Shown here: piece after piece, positions 37,515 to 51,408 of the stretch
Layout of the letters: each line of letters opens with the position of its first letter
How positions within the stretch are numbered: the stretch's first letter is position 1
Source of the DNA: Octopus vulgaris
Taxonomy: Eukaryota
Assembly (NCBI GenBank): GCA_951406725.2
Contig: OX597841.1
Location: forward strand, 21,700,001-21,764,000
Direction of reading: 5' to 3'
Length of the DNA: 64,000 nt
The notes under the pieces: generated by a model
The model's input: only the letters and a program-made list of their open reading frames with translations
The model's database searches: none
What the model was told of the DNA's origin: nothing
Program-made: the position numbers and the translations under genes

Positions 37515-37679
37515 TTATTGTGCAAGATTTTTTATGTGAAGTCGTGTGTTGAAACAGATATTGTTGTATTTAGGAATGGTCATATTGCCAATTTAGCCAA
37601 TAAAAACACACGCACTATATATTTGGTGTTATTTTGCTTCAGTGATATTTATTTTTTACATTAATCTTAATCTTATTTC

Positions 37680-37724
37680 GGCCAGAGTTCTTTTGTCACA
37701 CTCCTGTGACCTCATCAGTGGTCC
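37680..37724 (-). ncRNA. Hammerhead motif (family 4), right arm, GAAA mutated to AAAA
   Basis: ggacca-CTGATGA-ggtcac...gtgac-AAAA-gaac-TC-tggcc. Confidence 0.55.
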
Positions 37725-37881
37725 TTTGCTTTCTTCTGGACTCATACATTGTTCACCTTCCAGACATTTGTACATTACTGCATATGCTTTATACACAATT
37801 TTATCAAGTTGTGGTGCACCTGAGCACTGTATACAATGATTTCATAATTATTATTTAAGAATCAGACAGATTTGAACTCAC

Positions 37882-37972
37882 TTTCTAGGCATGTCTAGAT
37901 AATCATTATAACCTCCAATGAAGAGTTTCTTTACAGCTAACATTTTCAGGTTTCCTGGAGATGTGTCCAAAT
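37882..37972 (-). CDS. LanA: Laminin alpha exon, LG2 (LDTSPGNLKMLAVKKLFIGGY)
   Basis: AG/GT boundaries, phases 1/2. Confidence 0.9.
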
Positions 37973-38778
37973 CTGCAAAGGGAAGCAATGGGAAATCACT
38001 TTAGAAAATTTAAGAGCGAAACAGATGATGTGTAGAAAAAGAGAAGAAAATAAACCAGGACCACTGTCTGCCCTGAAAGTCTTTATTAAAATCACATTCG
38101 TTGACTGGCATCTGTGCTAGCGGGGTGCAAAGAGCATCATACGAGTGTGATCGCTGACAGAGCGGCTAACCGGCTTCCGTGCCAGTGGCACATAGAAGGC
38201 ACCATTCGAGTGTGATCGTTACCAGCGACGCCTTACTGGCACTCGAGCCCCGTGCTAGTAGGGTGTTAAGAGCACCATCCGAGCATGATCGTTGCCAGAA
38301 CGGCTGAATGGCCTCCGTGCCGGTGGCACATAGAAGGCACCATTCGAGTGTGATCGTTACCAGTGTCACCTTACTGGCACTCAAGCCCCGTGCTAGTAGG
38401 GTATTAAGGGCACCATCCGAACATGATTGTTGCCAGAACGGCTGAATGGCCTCCGTGCCGGTGGCACATAAAAGGCACCATTCGAGTGTGATCGTTACCA
38501 GTGTCACCTTACTGGCACTCGAGCCCTGTGCTCGTAGGGTATTAAGGGCACCATCTGAGCGTGATCGTTGCCAGAACGGCTGAATGGCCTGAATGCATTT
38601 TTTTGCTATTTTTTGGCTATAACTCTCTAAAAATGCTTATATAGTTATTTCCCTTACAAACCCGAGCAACGCCGGGCAATACTGCTAGTATATATATATA
38701 TATATATACATTTGTAAATACATACACATTTATATATATAACAGCAGGAACAACAACAACATTAACAGCAAAACTCAC

Positions 38779-39116
38779 ATGTTGCTGTTCCTGAATCCAT
38801 ACTGAGATGTCCTTCCTGGAAATGTCGTCGTATTTGGACCTGGTGCCATTTTCCGTCGTTATAACGTTCTTTCGTCGCAATAAACGCACGTCCACCGCCC
38901 AGGTCATACTGGTACACAATACGACCATCTCGCATGTCGATGGACGCAAAATCTTGTGACTTTGTGTCGTACATTAGCAGCAGCAATCCGTCGGGTTTGA
39001 ACGTGTTGAAGGAGAGGCTGATGTCGAATTTCTTCTGCACGTTGTACGCGGCTTTCAGCTCGAAGTAGCTGTCTCCATCGAACCTGTAGCCATCGAATGT
39101 CTTCCGTTTGATCAAC
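38779..39116 (-). CDS. LanA: Laminin alpha exon, LG2 (GYRFDGDSY...YQYDLGGG...YNDGKWH)
   Basis: AG/GT boundaries, phases 2/1, LG motifs. Confidence 0.95.
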
Positions 39117-39150
39117 CTGTAAAGAGAGGTGGTGAACGTACAACGTGATG

Positions 39151-39720
39151 TGACATGGGAAGGCAAAATTTTCTAGGGTCAGACATGGGGAGGCAAAATT
39201 TTCTAGGGTCAGACATGGGGAGGCAAAATTTTCTAGGGTCAGACATGGGGAGGCAAAATTTTCTATAGTCAGACATGGGGAGGCAAAATTTTCTAGGGTC
39301 AGACATGGGGAGGCAAAATTTTCTAGGGTCAGACATGGGGAGGCAAAATTTTCTAGGGTCAGACATGGGGAGGCAAAATTTTCTAGGGTCAGACATGGGG
39401 AGGCAAAATTTTCTAGGGTCAGACATGGGGAGGCAAAATTTTCTAGGGTCAGACATGGGGAGGCAAAATTTTCTAGGGTCAGACATGGGGAGGCAAAATT
39501 TTCTAGGGTCAGACATGGGGAGGCAAAATTTTCTAGGGTCAGACATGGGGAGGCAAAATTTTCTATAGTCAGACATGGGGAGGCAAAATTTTCTAGGGTC
39601 AGACATGGGGAGGCAAAATTTTCTAGGGTCAGACATGGGGAGGCAAAATTTTCTAGGGTCAGACATGGGGAGGCAAAATTTTCTAGGGTCAGACATGGGG
39701 AGGCAAAATTTTCTAGGGTC
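39151..39720. repeat. 30-bp minisatellite x19 (agacatggggaggcaaaattttctagggtc)
   Basis: Near-perfect units; variant ctatagtc in two units 300 bp apart. Confidence 0.97.
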
Positions 39721-40889
39721 TAGTTTCCAAACTAGACAATGCTTGCTCATTGTGGAGGCACATGGCCTAGTGGTTAGAGCAGCGGACTTGCGGTCGAGGG
39801 ATCATGGGTTCGAATCTCAGACCGGGCGATGTGTGTGTTTATGAGCGAAACACCTAAGCTCCATGCAGCTCCAGCAGAAGGTAATGGCAAACTTCTGCTG
39901 ACTCTTTCGCCTGCATCTAGCAGCTCACCTGTGTTTTGGAACGGTGTCCCGTCCAGGTGGGGAACCTATACGCCAAGGAAACTAGCCCTTATGAGCCAGG
40001 CATGGCTCAAGAAGGAACAAAAAAAAAGAAGCTTGCTTATCGCCCGATATGTTTCTCACAAGTGTCTGGAAACAAGAAGCAATTCTTGTGACAGAAGCAC
40101 TAGCAATTATCATGTGCTGCAAAGGCAATCATACACACACAGACACACACACAAACAAAACAAGCTTCTTTCAGTTTCCATCTACAAAATGAACTCACAA
40201 GCCTATGGCCTGCACAGGGCTATAGTAGAAGACACTTGCCCAACATGTCATGCTATGGGATTGAACCCACAGCCATGTAGTTGGGAAGCAAACTTCTTAA
40301 CCAGGTACAACAGAAGTTGAGACAGACCAGAAACCAATTGCCCCTTTCAGTTACTTTATATGTAAGTTTGTCTTCAAGAAGGAAGTTCTAGTGAGAACTA
40401 CAAGTCTTTCACTTCCAGTGGTTCCCATGCTAGTTAACCCATGACTGGGACTTTAACAGGTGCCACTATTCTGGGTCAGAGTTAAGTTAAGTTAATTTTT
40501 TGGCTCAAAAAGCAAAAAGCAAGGCCATGTAGGGGGACATGGAGTTATGTACAGGGAGGGTGTTCATGCAAAGAGTTCAGGCCATTTCTGGTCAAGAGAG
40601 ACTTTGAACCGAGCAGTCGTCGGCATCTTCACTATCTCGTCCGGCAGCTTATTCCATGGATCTGCAACCCGGACGGAGAACGCCCCTCTCCTTCGATTGA
40701 GATGAAATCGTCGCAGATAGAGCTTTTCGGAGTGACCCCGCAGCCGACGCTCTGGAGCAGGAGTGAAGAACAGCTCTTCCAAGAGGTAACATTTGTGGTG
40801 AAGAGGTGGGACCACATTCTTTGAAAACCTGCGACTCTGGTACTTGGGCCACACTTTTGGGTGCAGTTTAAAGTCATACCCAGGTTTTC

Positions 40890-41400
40890 AGACACACACA
40901 CACACAGGCACATACATGCAGACACACACAAGCACATAGACACACACACACACACACTGAGGCACATACATGCACACACACACAAGCACATAGACACACA
41001 CACACACACTGAGCCACATACATGCACACACACACACACACACAAGCACATGGACACACACACTGAGGCACATACATGCACACACACACACAAGCACATA
41101 GACACACACACACAAGCACATAGACACACACACACACACAGCCACATACATGCACACACACACACAGACTGAGGCACATACACACACACACACACACATA
41201 GACACACACACACACACACACAGACAAGCACCCACACAAGCACACACACACAGAGGCACATACATGCACACACACACACAAGCACATAGACACACAGAGG
41301 CACATACATGCACACACACACACAAGCACATAGACACACACACACACACAGAGACAAGCACACACAGACTGAGGCACATACATGCACACACACACACACA
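40890..41400. repeat. (CA)n-based compound repeat
   Basis: Direct reading; (TG)n counterparts at 27440-27940 and 51660-52240. Confidence 0.9.
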
Positions 41401-41555
41401 CTTGTGCCTGTGAACGTGTGTGAATGTGTGTGTGTTGATAGAGGGACACATTAGATAACGTAGTGCCTGGCATTCCTGTTTCTGGATAAAAGCCAAGATG
41501 CCCAATGAAGGCTGACCTAGGGTTAAACAACAACAACAGCAACAGACGAACTTAC

Positions 41556-41680
41556 CGAGCGGTAACTCCATCGTAGTTATTCTCAGCACTGACAAAGTCC
41601 CATAGACCCATGGGATAGTCATTGTAGACGAATCTCTCCACTGCCCCTTCGAATCGGGTTCTGGTGATGTCATCAGGGAG
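41556..41680 (-). CDS. LanA: Laminin alpha exon, LG1 end (FEGAVERFVYNDYPMGLWDF)
   Basis: AG/GT boundaries, phases 0/2; GLW.F motif of laminin LG1. Confidence 0.92.
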
Positions 41681-42393
41681 CTGTGGTGGTGGTCGTGGAA
41701 ATAAAATATACAACAGTAGAATTATATATTTCTTTACTGCCCACAAGGGGCAAAACACAGAGGGGACAAACAAGGACAGACAAATGGATTAAGCCGATTA
41801 CATCGACCCCAGTGCGAAACTGGTACTTTATTTATCGACCCCATAAGGATGAAAGGCAAAGTCGACTTCGGTGGAATTTGAACTCAGATTGTAACGGCAG
41901 ACGAAATACCTATTTCTTTACTACCCAAAAGGGGCTAAACACAGAGGGGACAAACAAGGACAGACAAACGGATTAAGTCGATTATATCGACCCCAGTGCG
42001 TAACTGGTATTTAATTTAATCGACCCTGAAAGGATGAAAAGCAAAGTCGACCTTCGCGGAATTTGAACTCACAACGTAATGGCAGACGAAATACCTATTT
42101 CTTTACTACCCACAAGGTGCTAAACACAGAAGGGACAAACAAATGGATTAAGTCGATTACATTGACCCCAGTGCGAAACTGGTACTTTATTTATCGACCC
42201 CGAAAGGATAAAAGGCAAAGTCTACCTCGGCGGAATTTGAACTCAGAACGTAATGGTTCCGGGTTCAGTCCCACTGCATGGCATCTTGGGCAAGTGTCTT
42301 CTGCTATGGCCCTGGGCCGACCAATGCCTTGTGAGTGTTTGGTAGACGGAAACTGAAAGAAGCCTGTCGTATATATGTATGTATGTATGTATG

Positions 42394-42434
<41 letters not shown>

Positions 42435-42742
42435 GTGTGTGTTTGTCCCCCTAACGTTTCTGCCAGCTCGCCAGTAGAATTATAGCTAGGTTATTACGTG
42501 TGTATGTGTGTCCCCAATTCACCATTACTCTTTCTCTCTCTTTTATTTGTTTCAGTCATTTGACTGCGGCCATGCTGGAGCACCGCCTTTAGTCGAGCAA
42601 CTCGACCCCGGGACTTATTCTTTCTGTAAGCCCAGTACTTATTCTATCGGTCTCTTTTGCCGAACCGCTAAGTAACGGGGACATAAACACACCAGCATCG
42701 GTTGTCAAGCAATGCTAGGGGGACAAACACAGACACACAAAC

Positions 42743-42787
<45 letters not shown>

Positions 42788-42953
42788 TACGACGGGCTTC
42801 TTTTCAGTTTCCGTCTACCAAATCCACTCACAAGGCTTTGGTCGGCCCGAGGCTATAGTAGAAAACACCTGCCCAAGGTGCCACGCAGTGGGACTGAACC
42901 CGGAACCATGTGGTTGGTAAACAAGCTACTTACCACACAGCCACTCCTGCGCC

Positions 42954-42990
<37 letters not shown>

Positions 42991-43796
42991 GACGGGCTTC
43001 TTTTCAGTTTCCGTCTACCAAATCCACTCACACGGCTTTGGTCGACCCGAGGCTACAGTAGAAGACACTTGCCCAAGGTGCCACACAGTGGGACTGAACC
43101 CGGAACCATGTGGTTGGTAAACAAGCTACTTACCACACAGCCACTCCTGCCATTCTTCATATCCTTCTACCCATCACCCCACCACTGTCTCAATCACAGT
43201 GGCTGTGAGACAAGGAGTTTCCCCCCTTACTCTCGCCCTTCTGTTAGCCATCACTCATCAAGTACCTTTAAAATTGACAAATGTTACACCTGTCTCATTA
43301 CTGCCTATTATTACAATTAGCCATCAAACACTCACCCATTTACTTTCAAACAGGTCGTTGCCATCGAATCCCTTGGCAGTTAACAAAGGATCTCTCAGCA
43401 ACTTTGCTTAATTAAGGGGGGGTCTTTGGCCTTAAGATTATCTTGCTGACAATCCCTCATTTGGATAATTACTATTTCCAAAGTTCCGCTGGCTATGAAA
43501 CGTATGTAGCCTGGACTTTATCTACACTGTTCCCTAATCGACCCCAGTGCATGACTGGTACATATTTTATCGATCCTGGAAGGATATAAGTGAAAGTGAT
43601 CCCTGGCTGAATTTGAACACAGAATGTAAAGATGACAAAATGCTGCTAAGCACTTTGGCCACTGTGCTAACGAGTCTGTTAGCTTGCCATCTTTTCAAAT
43701 TTTGCCACAATAGAAGTTCAATAAAAATTAGCCAAAATGCATGTGTCCTCAAATACCATCTGCACCCTGTATATATACCCATCGTTTAATATCCAG

Positions 43797-43841
<45 letters not shown>

Positions 43842-43871
43842 CATACATATATATATATATACATACATATA

Positions 43872-43911
<40 letters not shown>

Positions 43912-43994
43912 CATACATATATATATATATACATACATACATACATACATATACATACATATATATATACATACATACATATATACATACATAC

Positions 43995-44031
<37 letters not shown>

Positions 44032-44048
44032 CATACATACATACATAC

Positions 44049-44083
<35 letters not shown>

Positions 44084-44235
44084 CATACATATATATATAC
44101 ACATACATATATATACATACATACATATACATACATACATACATATACATACATACATATATATATACATACATACATATATACATAAATATATGAAAGA
44201 ATGGAGTTGAACGACGAATTAACAAAATTCCTTTA

Positions 44236-44318
44236 TTTTCGACATATGTTTCGAAGACTGCATATTCCTAATTGCGAAGGAATGAGGAGTACATTATGCC
44301 GCTTTCTCATCAGGAAAA
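44236..44318 (-). ncRNA. Hammerhead motif (family 5), left arm of palindrome
   Basis: ttttc-CTGATGA-gaa...ttc-GAAA-catatg-TC-gaaaa on - strand. Confidence 0.7.
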
Positions 44319-44433
44319 GCAAGGAACTTATGTCAACATCAAAATGCACAAAAAACTTTTAGATGATTGCTCACACGGAGCCCATAGCGGTAAAAGTTTT
44401 TTGTGCATTTTGATGTTGGCATAAGTTCCTTGC

Positions 44434-44516
44434 TTTTCCTGATGAGAAAGCGGCATAATGTACTCCTTATTCCTTCGCAATTAGGAATATGCAGTCTTCG
44501 AAACATATGTCGAAAA
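44434..44516 (+). ncRNA. Hammerhead motif (family 5), right arm of palindrome
   Basis: ttttc-CTGATGA-gaaagcggcata...tatgcagtcttc-GAAA-catatg-TC-gaaaa. Confidence 0.7.
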
Positions 44517-45024
44517 TAAAGGAATTTCGTTAATTCGTCGTTCAGCTCCATTCTTTCATATATTTATATATTTTTAAAATAAAAATACAAATTTCCACAC
44601 GAAAGCACGTAATCTATGCCCTAGGCATTTAACTTCAACCGTGTTTTTTCTGATGTGAATTTGCTACCCAGGTATCGGTTAATTCGAATTATCCTTAATA
44701 AGATAATTCATTCAACTACTCAAATATACATACGTACATAAATAAATATATATACATACGTACATACATACATATATATATATACACACACATACATATA
44801 TATATACACATACATACATATATATATACACATACATATATATATACACATACATATATATATATACATACATACATATATATATACACATACATATATA
44901 TATATATACATACATACATATATATACATACATACATATATATATATACATACATACATATATATATATACATACATATATATATATACATACATACATA
45001 TATATATATACATACATACATATA

Positions 45025-45056
<32 letters not shown>

Positions 45057-45139
45057 CATATATATATATACATACATACATATATATATATACATACATA
45101 TATATATATATATATACATACATATATATATATACATAC

Positions 45140-45196
<57 letters not shown>

Positions 45197-45332
45197 CATA
45201 CATATATATATATACAAACATATATATATATATATACATACATATATATATATATATACACATACATATATATATATACATACATATATATATATATATA
45301 CATACACACATATATATATACATACATATATA

Positions 45333-45373
<41 letters not shown>

Positions 45374-45436
45374 ACATACATATATATATATACATACATA
45401 TATATATATACATACATATATATATATACATACATA

Positions 45437-45468
<32 letters not shown>

Positions 45469-45726
45469 CATATATATACATACATACATATATATACATA
45501 CATACATATATACATACATACATATATATACATACATACATACATACATATACATACATACATACATATATATACATACATACATATATATACATACATA
45601 CATATATATACATACATACATATATATACATACATACATATATATATATATACATACATATATATATATACATACATATATATAAATACATATATATATA
45701 TACATACATATATATATATACATACA

Positions 45727-45806
<80 letters not shown>

Positions 45807-45810
45807 CATA

Positions 45811-45862
<52 letters not shown>

Positions 45863-46067
45863 CATACATATATATATATACATACATATATATATATACA
45901 TACATATATATATATATATATACATACAAGGGAAAAATACACTCATCTATTTATATATTTATGTTTATGTATGCATAAATGACCCCCAACTACAAGGCCA
46001 ATGTTAACAGTAATATGACTAGCCCAACCTTTTACACTCCAGGGATCACTCTACAGGGTTCACCTAC

Positions 46068-46215
46068 CGTCACAGATTGAGGGAAACCTCCCACGAAGAA
46101 GTAGGTCTCATGTTTCCGAAGCAGCAGCACAGAGTTCGTTCCGCCAGACGTCCCGTTCATTTTGATCATATCCTCTCCATCGGTGACCACTTTCAGGGAG
46201 CCGACTGCACCAATC
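46068..46215 (-). CDS. LanA: Laminin alpha exon, LG1 (IGAVGSLKV...FFVGGFP)
   Basis: AG/GT boundaries, phases 2/0. Confidence 0.92.
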
Positions 46216-47006
46216 CTGTAAGGAAATATGAAATGGGTGAACACAACTACAGTCGGTACATTGGGAGATTAGTATACACCCTAACATACTATATACACAC
46301 ACTTTCCTCCTCCTCCTCATCATCTTTATCGTCATCATCATAACATGGCCACCATAACATGGCAGTCCCTGTTTAGGACGAATGTTACTGTAGGCTATAC
46401 GACACAATCTGTTCGAAAATATAAGGACACAGATTGTGTCGTATAGCCAGCTGGAGACAATGTCTCCTGGGGCTAAATTACAGCAACATTTGTCCTAAAC
46501 CAGGACTGCCATGTTATGTTGGCAAACAATCTTTACTACAAAGTACTGTTGCTGAATATCTCACGTTGTGATTTTAAAATAGTAATCTTCTAATTTATAG
46601 ATCAGTGACTAGTTTTCACTTTGAAAACTATATATTTCGAATGGGAATTTGGCAGCGCCACCCCTAGCCAAATAATTATTCTGTGCTGATGAAGGGAAAT
46701 AACCGGGAAATCACGATACACAGATATTGGGTTGAACTGAGTGGGGGTGCTAGATTCCCTTGTTTGAAAATATAAGGACACATATTGTGTCGTATAGCCA
46801 GCTGGAGACGATGTCTCCTGGGGCTAAATTACAGCAACATTCGTCCTAAACCAGGACTGCCATATTATGTTGGCAAACAATCTTTTCTACAAAGAACTGT
46901 TGCTGAATATCGCACGTTGTCAGATGTAAAAATAGTATATATGTGTATTTGTGTATATATGTGTTTGCGAGTCGAACCTTATTCACCCCCCACGGTACCA
47001 ACTTAC

Positions 47007-47134
47007 CTCTCAGCCTCAATGTAATGCCATTCACCATCATCAATCTGTTTCGGATGATAGACAATTCCTGGCCCAGAACCAAGATCAAACCTGAGCATAA
47101 CTCGGCCATTGGCCACCTCCAGGGACAGATAATC
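47007..47134 (-). CDS. LanA: Laminin alpha exon, LG1 (DYLSLEVANG...FDLGSG...DDGEWH)
   Basis: AG/GT boundaries, phases 0/2, DLGSG motif. Confidence 0.95.
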
Positions 47135-47888
47135 CTGAGAATATAAAAAAAAAAGTTGATTTGAGTGAAAATGAAATGCAAAAGTTATTCTTTTACTTGT
47201 TTCAGTCATTGGACAGTGGCCACGCTGGGGCACCGCCGTAAGAAGTTTTAACCAAACAGATCGATCCCAGTACCTATTTTACGGCCAGTGCACATTCTCT
47301 GTTAAGTTATGGGGATGTAAACAAACCAACAATGGTTATCCTTGCACAGGGCATTCATAAATTATCTTTACCACTTCTAGAATCTATTGTATTGATTAAA
47401 TCTGAGATCAGTCAATCACCTTCTTTACAACCAATGGAGCCCTTAAGAAAGGTTTCTGATCTTTCTGATAAAACTTTGTCTCCCAAAAAATCCTGCTGAG
47501 TTATCCCTATTTTTCGTTTTTTCCTGAAGTTTTCAGATTGATAAGTTAAGTTAATTTTTTGGCTCAAAAAGCAAGGCCATGTAGGGGGACATGGAGTTAT
47601 GTACAGGTAGGGTGTTCATGCAAAGAGTTCAGGCCATTTCTGGTCAAGGGAGACTTTGAACTGAGCGGATGTCGGCATCTTCACTATCTCGTCCGGCAGC
47701 TTATTCCACGGATCCGCAACCCGGACAGAGAAAGTCCCTCTCCTTCGATTGAGATGAAATCGTCACAGATAGAGCTTTTCGGAGTGACCCCGCAGCCGAC
47801 GCTCTGGAGCAAGAGTGAAGAACAGCTCTTTCGAGAGGTTACACTTTCCGCTTATGATGTTGTGAGCAAGAAGGAGAGCATATCTTAC

Positions 47889-48053
47889 CTGGGTCTGCAC
47901 TTCGTGTTTTGGTCCTCCAATATAGGTTAAGAGGCCGTTCCTGGCATAGGTCTTAACATGCATGGAGACTTTGGTGTAGGAGCCGGAGGAGTCAACTTGA
48001 GGAGGGTTGCGTAGTCGGACGGCAGTGTCAGAGAACTTGAGTCCCACGAGGAT
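47889..48053 (-). CDS. LanA: Laminin alpha exon, LG1 start (ILVGLKFSDTAVRLRNPP...NGLLTYIG)
   Basis: AG/GT boundaries, phases 0/0; VRLRNP...YT pattern resembles alpha3/5 chains. Confidence 0.92.
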
Positions 48054-48220
48054 CTGGTTTTGGAATGAAATAAAAAAATATACATATATATATATTTATA
48101 TCAATCAATCAATTTATTTATCTATCTATCTATCAACCTCTCTATCTATCTATCTGTTTATCTTTCTGTCTATTTATCTTTTTGTCTATCTATCTACCTG
48201 TATTTTTGTCTTTCTGTCTG

Positions 48221-48259
<39 letters not shown>

Positions 48260-49505
48260 CTCTATTCATCCATCTCTCTATCTATCTATCTACCTACCTA
48301 CCCATCCATCCATCCATCTATCGATCTCTATCTATCTATCCATCCATCCATATGGCTAGCTATAAACATATACACACACACAATCATAACATGAGTGGAA
48401 CAGTTTTTTAACAGGGTCTGATGGGTTAAAGAACAGTATCCCCAGTTCTTTCTGGCATGGTTTCCACAGCCGGATGCCTTGTGTAACCATGGTTTCTTTA
48501 CATTGTGTACTAGGGGCTCTTTTTCATGCCAGCAACAATACTGAAGTGGCAACGAAGCTTGCAAGGCAATAAATACCGAGAGAATGTGTGTGGCTTTATG
48601 CAAGACGAGGGATTAAAGTACAAGAGGAAGGCACAGAGCAGATTCTTTGATGCAGAGGAGCTACGTGGCCCCTCACATTTAGGGTGGGAATGATCAAGTG
48701 ATAATTAATGATGATGCAGGGGTCAGGGAACTTTTTGACCAATTCCCCCCTAAAATATATTTATTTATGCAGGTGCCGGTGGCACGTAAAAAGCATCATC
48801 CGATCGTGGCCATTTACCAGCCTCGCCTGGCCCCTGTGCTGGTGGCACGTAAAAAGCACCATCCAATCGTGGCCGTTTGCCAGCCTTGTCTGGCACCTGT
48901 GCTGGTGGCACGTAAAAAGCACCATCCGAACGTGGCTGTAGCCAGCGCCGCCCTGACTGGCCTCCATGCCGGTGGCACGTAAAAAGCACCATCCTATCGT
49001 GGCCGTTTGCCAGCCTCGTCTGGCACGTAAAAAGCACCCACTACACTCATGGAGTGGTTGGCGTTAGGAATGGCATCCAGCTGTAGAAACACTGCCAGAT
49101 CAGACTGGGCCTGGTGCAGCCTTCTGGCTTCACAGACCCCAGTTGCACCGGCCAACCCATGCCAGCGTGGAAAGCGGACGCTAAACGATGATGATGATGA
49201 TGTTACCCCCTTGATTTGAAAGGAAGAAAATCGTAGATTCTTTGCATTCAAAACTTTTATTGAAGCTATTTTAGTATTGAGTCTATTTACACGTTGATTA
49301 CAATAGACAGATGCAGTGCTGCCAGAAGAAAAAATTCTGTCGCAATAAAAGAATGTCTAATGAGTCCTCATTACCCATGAGAATTTCGTTTTTACCCCAC
49401 TTTGGGTAGTTTACCCCGGTTTGCCTACCCCTGGTGATAAGGTGTCTAAGTGACTGCTGCGTGTATGTATGATAAATACTGGTAACTATTAATATCCTTT
49501 ATTAA

Positions 49506-49721
49506 CCCTTTCGTTACTGTATTTATTTTGAGATGCTCTGTGTTTCTTTCAATTACTTTAGATATCGCAAAGAATTTAGTAAACTAACTACTATTCAGCT
49601 AGTGTTAGGAACATAAATTGTGACTAAGGTTTGGTGGAAGATTTTAATCCAAAGCTTATGAAAACAAGACATTTGTACTACAGAGCCAGAGCCGGTTTCA
49701 GCCGGGTTGGTATTGAAAGGG
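49506..49721. mobile_element. piggyBac-type MITE
   Basis: TTAA TSD both sides, TIR ccctttcgttac / gtattgaaaggg. Confidence 0.8.
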
Positions 49722-49744
49722 TTAAGGATATTTCTTAATTCTTC

Positions 49745-49828
49745 CTCTCTGAAGATGAAATAGTTGGCTTATATGGAAATCTTTGTTCAACGACTTATGC
49801 ACAGCTATTTTAGAAACAGCTGTAAAAG
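49745..49828 (+). ncRNA. Degenerate hammerhead motif (family 2-like)
   Basis: ctct-CTGAAGA-tgaaatagttg...cagctatttta-GAAA-cagctg-TA-aaag. Confidence 0.5.
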
Positions 49829-49899
49829 TCTTTATGCATTATTTCTAAATCCTTTATTTACTCTACTCTAACAACTCTACAGTTATGTTTCATACTCAC

Positions 49900-50054
49900 T
49901 TGATTTGCCTGTGACCTTGCCAGCTCAATCTTCTTCCTGAGCTCTTTCACATCAAGTGATGCATTACGTGCCCGGGACAAAGCTGCGTCTTTCTTGTCAA
50001 GAATGTATTGAATCATGGATGTGATGTTTGGAAGTAGCTCATGGGCCTTATCCA
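49900..50054 (-). CDS. LanA: Laminin alpha exon, end of coiled coil (LRKKIELARSQANQ)
   Basis: AG/GT boundaries, phases 1/0; I..AR..A motif preceding LG1. Confidence 0.93.
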
Positions 50055-51408
50055 CTGGAATTGAAAACGGAAGGCAGTTAGACACAGCTTACTAATGCAT
50101 CTAGCAATTCATATAACTATGGACACAAAACTCAACTCGTGAAGGCCTGTTGAGGCAAGTGAAAATAAAAAAAAAAAAAAAAATCGATCAACATCAATGG
50201 AAATTGCAGCTGTGATACCAGTGCCGGTGGCACATAAGAGAATCATCTGAACGTGGCCGTTGCCAGCGCTGCCCCGACTGGCTTCCGTGCCGGTGGCACG
50301 TAAAGGTTACCATCTGATCGTGGCTGTTTGCCAGCCTCGTCTGGCACCTGTGTCGGTGGCATGTAAAAAGCAGCCACTACACTCATGGAGTGGTTGGTGT
50401 TAGGAAGGGCATCCAGCCGTAGAAACATTGCCAGCTCAGACTGGGCCTGGTGCAGCCTTCTGGCTTCCCAGACCCCAGTTATATATATATATATGTGAAG
50501 GCGTATGGCTCAGTGGTTAGAGCATCGAGCTTACGATCGTGAGGTTGAGAGCTCGAATCCTGGACTGGGCTGCATGTTGTGTTCTTGAGCAAGACACTTT
50601 ATTTCACGTTGCTCCAGTTCACTCAGCTGTAGAAATGAGTTGTGACGTCACGGGTGCCAAGCTGTATCGGCCCCTTTGCCTTTCCCTTGGATAACACTGG
50701 TGGCGTGGAGAGGGGAGGCCGGTATGCATGGGCAACTGCTGGTCTTCCATAAACAACCTTGCCCAGACTTGTGACTAGGAGGGTAACTTTCTAGGTGCAA
50801 TCCCATGGTCAGTGTCGTGACCGAAGGGGGTCCCAGATCCCAGATATATATATATATATATATATCAACTCCAGTGCGTAACTGGTACTTAATTTATTGA
50901 CTCCGAAAGGATGAAAGGTAAAGTCGACCTCGGCGGAATTTGAACTCAGAACGTAACGGCAGACGAAATACCTATTTCTTTACTACCCACAAGGGGCAAA
51001 ACACAGAGGGGACAAACAAGGACAGACAAATGGATTAAGTTGATTATATCGACCCCAGTGCATAACTGGTACTTAATTTATCGAGCCCGAAAGGATGAAA
51101 GGTAAAGTTGACCTCGGAGGAATTTGAACTCAGAACGTAACGGCAGACGAAATACCTATTTCTTTACTACCCACAAGGGGCTAAACACAGAGAGGACAAA
51201 CAAGGCCAGACAAAGGGATTAAGTCGATTAAATCGACTCCAGTGCGTAACTGGTACTTAATTTATCGAGCCCGAAAGGATGAAAAGTAAAGTTGACCTCG
51301 GCAGAATTTGAACTCAGAACGTAACGGCAGACGAAATACTGCTAAGCATTTTGCCCGGCGTGCTAACGGTTCTGCCAGCTTGTCAACCAAGGCATTGCAT
51401 TTACTCAC

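Noticed and set aside
39151-39720. CRISPR-like or coding repeat (MSDPRKFCLP)n
   Set aside because: No unique spacers, no cas genes, eukaryotic intron; it is a plain minisatellite whose unit length is a multiple of 3
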